A DNA stretch of 63,540 bases, the filler included, from Kipferlia bialata (lineage: Eukaryota), in the NCBI GenBank assembly GCA_003568945.1. It is 4 parts of 4 records of this genome, joined end to end, with 100 filler letters (N's around TTAATTAATTAA, not from the genome) between each part and the next. Parts side by side here need not be neighbours in the genome. Positions count along the whole stretch, not along the records: positions 38,008 to 56,906 come from BDIP01000455.1; 3 more parts are not named here. One strand, 5' to 3'. This document shows positions 42,374-52,918 of the stretch, piece after piece (the stretch's first letter is position 1; each line of letters opens with the position of its first letter). Position numbers and translations under genes: made by a program. The notes under the pieces are model-generated. The model was not told where the DNA came from. It worked only from the letters and a program-made list of their open reading frames with translations, and made no database searches.

Positions 42374-43912
42374 ATGAGAGCCGCTGTTCAGAACGATTAT
42401 GGCGCTGCCATTGCTGTGGAGGATATGCCCATGCCCAGTGTGACCCCAGACTCTGTGCTGATCAAGGTGGGTGACCTAGACATGTAGTGTGAGGGTGTAC
42501 CTCGCTGTGGTATGAGACTATGCTATACTTATTGTACTGTATAGCCACCCCCCTCCCCTCCCCTCACCCCCAGGTCCATGCATCCTGTGTCAACCCAGCA
42601 GACAACAAGCTCCGCCTTGGGGATCTGAGAGACATGATGCCTCTACAGTTCCCACACACACCCGGCTTTGATGTCTCTGGGGAGATTGTGGAGGTTGGAG
42701 CTGAGGTATGTGAGTGCCACGCTATTGTGTATCCCACTACAACATGTGTATTGCCCCCCCACCCCGTCCTCTCTTGCTTGTCACATCCTCACCCTAGGTC
42801 ACTTCCCTAAAGAAGGGCGATGAGGTCTACGCATGCTGCTTCCCTTCCCTCGTCGGATGCTTTGCAGAGTACGTACACTATGCATACCAGTCTCTGCCAC
42901 ATTCAGCAAGTGTGAGACGATATGATACTATGGCCAATAACAACCATTGACCAATTGAGAAGCTGATATTGTCTCTCTAATTCTCTCTCTCGACTCACCA
43001 TAGGTACGTGTCTCTCAAGGCCTCTGATGTTGCCGTCAAGCCCCCCTCTCTCTCCCACCCTGAGGCGGCCTCCCTCCCTCTTGTAGCTCTGACAGCATAC
43101 CAGGGCCTGACAGAGCACGGCAACCTTAAGGTAGTATATAGTATATTCTAAGTATATACCCATATTACATGTATAGTATTATAACTATATTCATCATCCA
43201 GTAGTATACCTCACCCCCAGTCCGGCCAGAAGGTCCTGATCCATGCCGGGACCGGTGGTGTGGGGTCCGTGGCCATCCAGATCGCCAAGCACCTCGGGGC
43301 CCATGTGGCCACCACGTGCTCTGGTAGGAACGAGGCCAAGGTCAGGGCCCTGGGCGCAGACACAGTCATTGACTACAGGACACAGAAGTTCGAGGTGGGT
43401 GGTTGTATTGAGTACGGACGGAAGGTAGTAGACAATGTGGTATGTCTGTATACGCGTAGATTATCCCCCCACCCCCAGGATGTGATCACTGACTACGACA
43501 TCGTGCTGGACACCATAGGAGGTGAGACCAGGGAGAGGTCCTTCTCTGTACTGAAGGAGGGAGGTCTGGTGCTCTCTATCCTTGGGCCCCGTGGGGACAC
43601 CCCAATTCCCGGGAAGGTATGTATGTTTCATAGTCATCCTGTGCTGTCACGCATTCACTCACTTCATTCATAGTTACATAAAAGTGTGTCTCAATGGTCT
43701 TGTCACCCCCTAACCCCCAGGCTGGATGCCGCTTCATCTTCTACCTGATCCACGGTAGCAGCACCGACCTCGACACTCTGTCCGGCATGGTAGAGACTGG
43801 TGCCCTCCACCCCGTAATTGACAGGGCATACCCCCTATCACAGGTCAAGGAGGCACTGGACTACAGCCACACAGGCCGGGCACAGGGCAAGGTGGTGGTG
43901 AACATGGTGTAG
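42374..43912 (+). CDS. MDR-superfamily NADP-dependent (quinone) oxidoreductase, 7 exons
   Basis: Fully spliceable: MRAAVQNDYG…VLIK|VHASCVNPAD…PGFDVSGEIVEVG…GCFAE|YV…EAASLPLVALTAYQGL…|SGQKVLIHAGTGGVGSVAIQIAKHLGA…ALGADTVIDY…DIVLDTIGG…IDRAYPLSQVKEALDYSHTGRAQGKVVVNMV*. Confidence 0.95.
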
Positions 43913-44179
43913 GTGTAGGATGACGTTGTGGCTGTTTGGTGTACGGCACTTACATGATTCGTTGTGCAAAGTAATAGATTGTTCTGTGAATACTATGAGA
44001 ATAAGTGCTGGACAGTTGTTGTGGAATAATACAGTAGATTGCTGATCCCATACCACAATATAGACACATTTACTAACACACATTCACATACATTCACTTT
44101 CAACACACACATTACTCGGAGAAACCCTCAGGCCATAATCTCTGCCATGCAGATACTCCGATCACATCTCATACCACCA

Positions 44180-47100
44180 TCACACAGCCCTAGGATCCAC
44201 TCTGTCCACATATAGGTTGCTGGTGGCCTTGACAGAGGGGTCCTTGTGGTAGTCTGCTGCTGAGTACCCAGGCACACAGGCGACCACTGTCACAAAGTCC
44301 TGGGCTACACCATTCCCAGCAAGGGCGGCCACAGCATCCAGGTTGGTCTTGCGGTCATCAATGTAGGCAACGGGGGTGCCGTATTTGGCGACTTCTCTCT
44401 GCAGCAGCACCTTGGCCTCGGCGTCAGTGATCACCTTGCCCGGGGTGTCGTGGCCGGGGTTCCCAATGACCACCTGGATGGGGTGCCTCAGACCTGCACG
44501 GCTCAGAGAGGTGTGGGTGGCAGATATCATGTCCTGCTTCCAGCGACCACTCACAAACACCAGCTGCCCACCTGCCTCGTGCACCCTCTCCTCCAGGTCT
44601 GCGAGGCCCTCGGTGGGTATGTCATCGGCCATCTCGGCAGAGTCAAGCCAGAAGCGACGGTGGAAGGCACTGTGCACGGTGGCCCCCTTAGTGCCGAAGG
44701 GTGTGTCCTTGTGGGCGTCATCAGCTATCCAAGGCAGGGAAGAGTACCTGGGGTCACTCACAATGCTGGCTACCTCTGGTAGTCGCAGCCACTCGTTCCA
44801 TGCCTCAGCCGTGTATCCAGGCAGGCATGACACCTTCTCCTGCACCAGTCCCTGCAGAGGCACAATACCATAGGCATCTGCAGCAGCAGCGATACCAGCG
44901 ATTGTGCGGCGGTAAGGTAGGAGTGAGGTGAGGTCCAGGTCCAACTCCACGACAGGCCTCTCACTGGCAGTGGCATGTGCCCTTACTACACTGAGGACAC
45001 TCTCCAGTGCACTCTGCTGTCTCTCTGGGGACACAAGCATGTTGGCGTCTGATGTCTCGACGCGGGTGCGGGACACCACCTCTCCCTTCCCATTGCCGAA
45101 GTAGGCGACTGTGGTCAGGTGGGGGAAGATGCCCACAGCGCACACCCCGGCTATCTCCTTCAGAGTGGCAAGGAGAGAGTTGGGGTCCTGCAGCTGCTCC
45201 TCAGATAGAGTGGCGTCGAGCAGGTAGTTGCCGTTGTCTGTGACGTAGGGCGTGTGCTTCCTGTGGGTGGCGGCATCCTCGAGAAGACGAAGGGGGGCAT
45301 CGACCTGGAGCTGCGCCAGGATCTGGTCACGCACCCTGCGCCAGGCCAGAGGCTGCACCTCTATGGGCACACCCTTGTGGAAGGTATGACCCAGGGTGAC
45401 AGAGTCCTTGCGCATGTCAGCCACCACCACGTAGTGGTCTGCGCTCTGCCCCACAACCTGACGGTAAGACACGCAGTGCGTGTGTACTAAATGTATGATA
45501 CCCAGAGGTGACGCTGTCAGAAAGGACATGCAGAAGAGAGGTGTACTCTAGTACCTGTTCGTGAAGGAGTGCGCCACCGCCGCCCTTGATGAGTCTAAGG
45601 GCACTGTCGACCTCGTCTGCTCCGTCGATAGCCACATCCAGGGACCTGGTCTCTGACAGCATGTCACGCACAGTCAACACATCCGGGTACTTGGCCAGAA
45701 GGGCACGGGCGCTGTAGGACGTGGGCACGCACACAATGGCAGTCCAGTTCTTCTCCTGAACCAGCTGGGCCAGACGATCCACTACAAACTCCACAGTCGT
45801 GCCGCTTCCCACTCCCACTACCATACCGTCACGTACCACCCACTCCTCCACGGCTAGGTAAGAGGCACTCCTCTTCCCAATGTCGATGGCGGAGGTGGCC
45901 TGCTTGGCACGCTTGGCCACGGGGAGGGAGGTGTCGACGTGTGGTCTGGTGGGGGTACCAGTCGGGGCCACTCCCCTGTCGATGTCGTCAAAGGGGTAGT
46001 AGGTGTGGTAGAAGCCGCTGACGATGCTGAGAATGGCCTCCTCGGAGTCGGTGCAGAACAGCTTGTTGGAGTAGTGTAGCTCCGGCCTGGGAGCTGTGAG
46101 ACACTCACGCTGTGCCATGTTGAGGTAGGTCTGGTAGAGGGTGTTCTCCACCCAGAAGTTGCCATAGAAGATCATGGGCTTCGAGAAGTCACTGCCTATC
46201 TCCTGGGAGTAGCAGTTGGCGACAGCGTACTGAGCAATCTCAGTTCTGGTTCCTGCTGACCCTGCAGTGTAGATGATACCACAGTTGCAGCTGAGCACCA
46301 GGATGTCCTCACGCACTGCGTTGCTGAAGAACTTGGCCTGGGAGTGAGACTACAGTACACATTACCACACGGTTGCTAACACATTAGTGCTGTGGTGCTA
46401 GGAACTGTAGCAGTGTTCATACAGATAACTAGGTCATCTAAATGAAATGTATGATAGTAGTTCACGATACCTGGTACTTGCAGAACAGGTTAGGGGGCTC
46501 CTGTCCGTACACCCATGTGGGCACCCCGAGGGAGTACACGGACTTCTTCGGCCACCTGGCCAGGATACGGATGGCCAGGGCATTGTCCCTGTCGTCGTTG
46601 TAGTCGGGCTTCCTCTGCAGGATGTGCAGGGCCTTGTCCAACTCAGCCTCTGAGTATCCAGAGAAGTGGGCACCGAGGTTGGCGGCCTCCATGGCCCCTG
46701 GCCCTCCCCCGGTGGCAACCACATACCCCTGCAGAGCAAGGGTGCGACAGAGCTTGGCGATGGATATGTAGTCCTTGGAGTCACGCAGCATGGCGTGTCC
46801 CCCCATGATGCCAACCTGCTTCTTCCCTGCATACTCTCTCTCCAGCAGGTCTAGGATGACACCGTCGTGCAGTGCCATCAGAAGGTGGTCGTAACAGTTG
46901 TGGTGGTTGTGCTTGAACCAGTTGTAGATGGTGAGGTCGTGCTTGAGCAGGTCATCGGCAGAGTAGAGCTCGGTGCGGTCCACGGAGAAGGGCAGGTAGT
47001 TGCCAGGCTTGACGATGATGCCGCCCTCACGGATGATCGAGTCCTCGGTCATGCCGGGAGGGAAGGTCTCCTCCCCCAGGAACACCCTGTTGCAACAGCT

Positions 47101-49930
47101 CCTGAGGGTGTCAACTGGATGTGCTGTTAGCGAGTTGAGCTGAGGCGCTGCGCTGGCCACGTTGAACTTGAGACCCCGGGTGATCTTAGTGCGTAGCTTC
47201 TGAGCAGCGAGATCTGGGTGGGTGGGGAGGGTCTTGTGCTCTGAAGTCTCTCTCTGAGGAAGGTTGATTAGAGATGATGCACGTCCTGACTGGCTGTCAG
47301 GGTGACCGCCTCCCAGAGCTGCACGGTGACTGCTCTGTGCCTCAGACAGCACCTTGCGCAGACCATGTATGTCTGTCCTCTCCACCAACCCCCTCAGCAC
47401 TGCCTCCCAGTCAGCGGGCATGTACTGGGCCAGGTGACAGTCACGGTTGTCCAGGACCTGGGCAGCGTGGGACAGGATGGGGTTGCGCACCCCTGCAGCA
47501 GACACGTTGACCTCCGTGTCTATCTGCCTCATGATCTTCTCCAGGTCTGTCTGGTTGATGGCGTCCAGGGTGTCTTGGTCCATCGCAGCGTAGAGCTCCA
47601 TCCTGAGCCTATCCTGGTCCTCAGTGATAGACCCCTCGCAGTGGCAGGTGTCGAGATGGGCGAGGGCCTTGGCTGCCGCGCCAAGGGTTGTGTTCTCGGC
47701 TGCGTCTCTGGCGGCCAAGACCTTGTTGATCTCGACGACAGAGAGAGCAGCGACGACGCCATCAGGCCCCTTGGCATGCAGGGCAAAGCCGATCCCCATC
47801 CCATCCACACCCACGGACACGGCCTTGTGCAGATTGGTGGCATCGATACCAGCCGAAAGATAGGTGAGGAGGCCGGCCTCGTGGGCGGTGTGTACAAAGT
47901 GGAGCATCTGGCGGTGGGTGAGCTGATTCACGACTGGGACAGAGGTCCCCTTGCGCTCACTAGCACCATCGAGGGTGACCTTGTCGAAGTGGCCCCGCCT
48001 GGTGATATCCACCACAGTCTTGATGATCTCATCGAGACCGTCCTGACTGTCTCTGGTGAGAAGGGTCTTGGTGGTGTCTGAGTAGAGGGGCCTGTTGATG
48101 TTGAAGGCCGCACTGAGGCGCTGACGCTCAGGGTCTCTACGGACGTTGGCAACCACTGCCTTCATGTAGAACACGGCCTGAGACTCCGTCATGTTCTCAA
48201 TGGCTACCTGGAGATCAGAGAGGGGCAACAACCTGATATCATAGTGACCTGTTTCCACACTTCTAACGTGTATGAACTAAATCATTAGAGAGAGAGACCC
48301 AGACATGCAACGTGACACCCACCTTGGCGTCGATGATGCCTGCCTCGAACATGGCAGAGCAGGCCGAGGCTGTCTGGTGGGCGGCCTTGAGCAGAGTGGC
48401 GTTAAAGAAGTAGGCTGGGTCGTGTGCTGCCTCTCCAGACTGGCAGTACAGACGAGCCAGGGCACCGAAGGCATCACCGCTCTGGTCGTGGGGCCACTGG
48501 GCGTTGAAGGACAGACCCTCGAAGGTGGGGCGGCCGATGAAGCACGAGGTGGGGGCCAGGTCCCCAACGTGCAGGCGAACCTTGGCGGCCATAACGTGTG
48601 ATGGCAGGCGGTATGCCTCCATGAGAGACCTGTCACCAGTCTCAGACCTGTCAATGTGCTCAATGTGCACCACTACACCGTTTGTGAGCATCTATCTGTC
48701 CTGCACAACAACCTGAGGGTAAGAATCGGGGGAGACGGAGAAGTACTTATACATAGGTGGGAAGATGTAGCACAAGACCATGCGATACCCGTAAGACACT
48801 ACGTTGATGTGGTCTGGCCCTGCATATACATATATACATACATATATACTAACACTACCTTGATGTGGTCTGGGCCTGCATCTGTCACAAACACCAGGCT
48901 CTGGTGGTGCTGGTCACGCCCGGGGAGGGGCAGGGGCAGGAAGAGCCTAGGCTGCTGCACCCCATCGCGTAGCCTCTGCCCTGAGAGGGCGATGGCAAAG
49001 GTCTCAGCAGAGGTTGGGCGGGCCTTGCGGTCCCTCAGGTCGTCAAGCAGGCACATCACATCAGCGTAGAACTGGGCGTCTGCCTCCCCATCCCTGACTG
49101 CCGCCTCCACCTTCTGGGTGTAGGCCGAGTCAGTGGAGGGAGGGGTGAGTCGCAGGAGGACGGCATCCTTGTCTCCTGAGAGAGAGAAGCGAGACTGGTG
49201 GCTGTGTGAGAGCGTACCGTTAGAAGCCTCGTGCTTCAGGGCCTGGAGTCTCTCGTAGGCGGCAACGGCCTCTACCCCCGTGGTAGCTGACTCGATGGCT
49301 GGCAGCACACCGCCCTCCTCGTCGAGCATCCCATGCATGTAGGCGAGGGTGGTGGTCTCAGAGGCGGGGAAGGCGCTGACGATACCCATGAAGAAGTCGC
49401 GGAGCGCAGCAACGGTCTCAGTGTCTGTGGAGTACACATCCAGGGTCACCGAGGTCTGAGCCTCCACACCGCCGGCCTCGGCCTCCAGGGACGACTTGTA
49501 GGAGTGGGCACTATCCACACACTGACGCACAGCGATGGAGTAGAACTCAGACAATGAGACACACACAACCTGAGAGTCGTCTTGATCCCTTGAGAGTCAG
49601 ACAGAGTAGGATCCCAAATTCACGTTCAGCACCGATAGCAGCAGTGAAATGCGTCCAAAACGTCCTTACCCAGTGACAGGTGCCTCAACCTCTTCCACAC
49701 AGGCTCTTTGCTCTGTAGTAGGGACAGTGGGGACCGACTTGGGGTTTCTGAGGGTGGGAGGAGCACACAATACACTAGCAGAGGGAAATAATGTCATTGT
49801 CCTTTCAAAACGATGAGGGTCGAGAACATATGATGAAAAGACCTCACCCCACAGCCCTCCTTGATCTTCTCCAGAGCGTGATTGCTAACAGCAGGGTCGA
49901 GAGTGCTAGTCCAAGGATAACGGTAGGCAT
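44180..49930 (-). CDS. Multi-enzyme fusion: N-terminal hydrophobic segment, uncharacterised TIM-barrel-like domain, LOG-family nucleosidase, ribose-5-phosphate isomerase A and HAD phosphatase
   Basis: Exons 49930-49848, 49747-49670, 49588-48859, 48712-48323, 48207-46471, 46337-45555 and 45457-44180 join in frame (one in-frame TAG at 48694-48692). LOG: GIMGGH, TGGGPGAMEAANLG, PTWVYGQEPPNLF, AKFFSNAVRED, AGSAGTRTE. RpiA: GVGSGTT, CVPTS, IDGADEVD, IKGGGGAL, TDNGNY. HAD: DLDLT, FVSGR, YIDD. Confidence 0.85.
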
Positions 49931-50245
49931 TACCTCCTGTGTGTCAGATAACTAGAACAGTTTTGAATATGACCGAAAGACTGCTCAGTTGTCGCATAAA
50001 ATCACATAGTTGCGACAATGAGGATACAGAGGGAATGGTTTCTGCACCTGAGGCATGGATACAAGTGACATTGGGACGATATTTGCACCTAGAAGACCGT
50101 GACTGTCTGTGACACTGAAGTACTTTTTGTATCACCAAACCCTTTTTCACTCTGGGTGAGAGAGAGTCAAGTAGGCTCCTTACACACATAGATTAAGCTT
50201 GGATAGATCTACCCTGATTAGCTGACACATAAACCTCTGGGGGCC

Positions 50246-50919
50246 ATGGGTGACTGGTATCCTGTGTCAGGGAACGAGGCCCCGTGGTATGGCCCCAGTA
50301 CACAGGATGGCGGGTGAGTGAGGCATGCACTTCTACTCATATACACCACGTACTCTCTGACCCCCAGCATGGACCAATACCCCCAGACGACAGCTCAGGA
50401 CGGGTACATGCAGGAGATGAGCCCGCCCTCTGCGTCCATCCACCGGGGCCAGTCCTACGGCATGTCTGGGAGCGGGGGCATGCCCATGTCGTATGGGTCC
50501 AGTGTCTCTGGGCACTACCAGTCCCTAGACTCCATGGACAGTATGGATGAGAGGTCGGGGTACATGGGGGGGAGGATGGGCATGGGCAGGACCCGAGAAC
50601 AGGAGCAGCAGGACCTGAACATGGCTCTGCACAGGGAACAGGAGCAGGAGATGGAGCGGCATAGGAGGGAGAGGGAGAGGGAGAGCGAGAGAGTGCGCGC
50701 GATGCAGGAGGCACATGAGGCAGAACTATTGGAGCTCGAGAGGGTGAGGGAGCACGAGAGGGAGGAGAGGAATAGGACAGAGCACAGGTATGTGTGCGCA
50801 GGGTTGACTGGGTTCTAGTATAGCAGGGCACTGACACCATTGAGTAGTGTATGAGTACTGTATGCCACTCTCGGCAGTAGCACCATTCTCTCTAGCTTTG
50901 TTTAGTGCGTCCACATGTC

Positions 50920-50959
<40 letters not shown>

Positions 50960-52576
50960 CCCACCCCTTCCTTTTCCTTGCCCCCTCTCTCCCCCCCAGG
51001 TGTGCATCACCAGCGACATGCACTACCCCCAGCTGATCACGGATGAGATATTCCAGTACCCAGCAGAGTGGTACAGTCAGATGCCAGGTGGGGCAGTCAT
51101 AGAAGTGGCATTAATTAGTGGGTATACCCTTATCACGTATCATGTAACTTGGATACCTCCCTCCTCACCACCCAGGCGCTATCCTCAGACACAGACCAGA
51201 CATATTCATACACTGTGGGGACTTCCACTGGATGCTCAGCCTGCTCAATATGGTGGGTGGTCTCTCATATACACCAATTCATATATTGTATGTATGTGTG
51301 TGTGTGTCTGACCCAGGCCGGTGACACCATCAAGCAGATGGCCCTGAGTGTGCAGGACATCCTGGTGTACTTGGTCCAGTTCTGCAACTCCCTACCAGCA
51401 GACCTTCCAAAGGTAATGGAGTAAGGAACCTCTATTTACTGTCATTATGGAAAAGGAAGTACTCCCTTCCTCTACCCACAGGTGTTTGTCAAGGGCAACC
51501 ACGACTTCTGGCTGGGCACCTTTGTGAGGCACTGCACCCCCAAGGACCCCAAGAGAGTGAGGGATATGGTGGGGGACGGGCTGGTGCTGGATGGATACAG
51601 GTGGGTGGGGTGTGTGGCAGACATTCATATTGCTATGGATCGTGGTGCAAGATATAAATATATGTGTGTATCAGCATATATTCCCCTCCCCCCAGCTACG
51701 TCTCGTGGGTGCAGGGCCTTGTCCGGCACCGCAATGTGATCATGCCCCCCAGGGACTGTGAACTGGTGGTGGAGAGGATAGCCCACACACTCAGACAGGA
51801 GTACGACCCCTCCACCTTCCTCGTGCCCATCCCCGTGTCCAATGTACACCTGCTAGACAACAGGTGCGGGGTATGTCAGACACGCAGTATCAGTATCAGT
51901 ATAGATAGTATAGATACTGATACTACTGATACTGATACTGATACAACAGATGTGGGGTGTACCAGACACGTAGGGGGGGTAAGATAGGCGTGGTGGGGTG
52001 CGAGACCCTGCCCTCTGCCGTCGATGTGTGTGCAGGCATGGGGGAGATACTCCGAGACGCCAATGTCCCTCTGTCTGACCCCATGCCGGTGGCAGTCTGT
52101 GTCCACAACCCATCCGCCAGGGGCCTGCCCTCACTCACACAGACAACAGCAGCCATCAAGGTGGGGTTGTATTCATATTATTAATAGTCCTATGGTACAG
52201 TATTCATGTACATCTAGCTCACGTCAGACCCACCTATCCGACGCTGGGTGTGAGTGCATGGGCATATACTGGGGCCACCTGCACAAGCGGAGTGGGGCCC
52301 AGTTTGTACAGCGACTGGCACGGGAGGGGCTGGATATGCAGGGGTGGATGTGTGTCATGCCAGAACACAACCAGTACAGGTGTGTGTAAATTGCATGTAT
52401 GGCATCATATAGTGTATGATCAGTACATTCGAGAACACTCACCCACTCTGTATATGTGTAATGGTTACAAGATATGGTCCTGCTGACCCATACTGTCTTT
52501 ACATTCCCCCCCCCCCTCTCCCCCCAGGCCTGTCACGGTTGAGAAGGCAGATGATACACCCCTGGTCGTCTTGTGA
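50246..52576 (+). CDS. Calcineurin-like metallophosphoesterase with low-complexity/coiled N-terminal extension
   Basis: Spliced motifs in canonical order: VCITSDMH (51000-), FIHCGDF, VFVKGNHD, VCVHNP, IYWGHLH. The join from the N-terminal exon needs the phase-0 donor near 50743. TGA at 52574-52576. Confidence 0.85.
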
Positions 52577-52918
52577 CAAGGCTCACATCCATCGCCCAGT
52601 CGCAAAGTGGATATGACAGGCTCTCTGTACTATTTCTTTCTAATATGCTGCTTGTCACGTTGCCACAAAGTGGATTTGGACAATTTCATTGGGTATCACT
52701 TTATGGTCGAATGAATATGGCGTAGATTAGTGTGAGGGTCCTAGAGTGTTTAACGAACGGGGTGGTAATGTCACTCTCAACCATATCCCTTGTGGCCCGT
52801 ATGGTGATGACAAGTCAGGGGAAGAATTAGGGTTCAAGTGAACAAAAAAAAATGGTCGAGTAAATTTTTGTACACGATTCAAAAATGGTGGTCGCAGTTG
52901 TCTGCTCTTCCAATCAAC

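Noticed and set aside
44376..48601. Long + strand ORFs opposite the fusion gene (e.g. 47302-48081, 44376-44873)
   Set aside because: They are antisense shadows of a GC-rich coding region and carry no recognisable motifs.
48692..48694. Genome-wide TAG=Gln reassignment, as in hexamitids or Iotanema
   Set aside because: TAG ends well-defined genes at the expected positions (MDR 43910-43912, Tom7 60714-60716, surface protein 26134), and long exons contain no other in-frame TAG.
44180..49930. Bacterial contaminant operon
   Set aside because: The domains are joined by host-style spliceosomal introns and flanked on the same contig by intron-rich genes.
51886..51945. (GTATCA)n/(GATACT)n hexamer arrays forming an imperfect inverted repeat
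   Set aside because: A short intronic simple repeat with no evidence of an RNA gene or mobile element.
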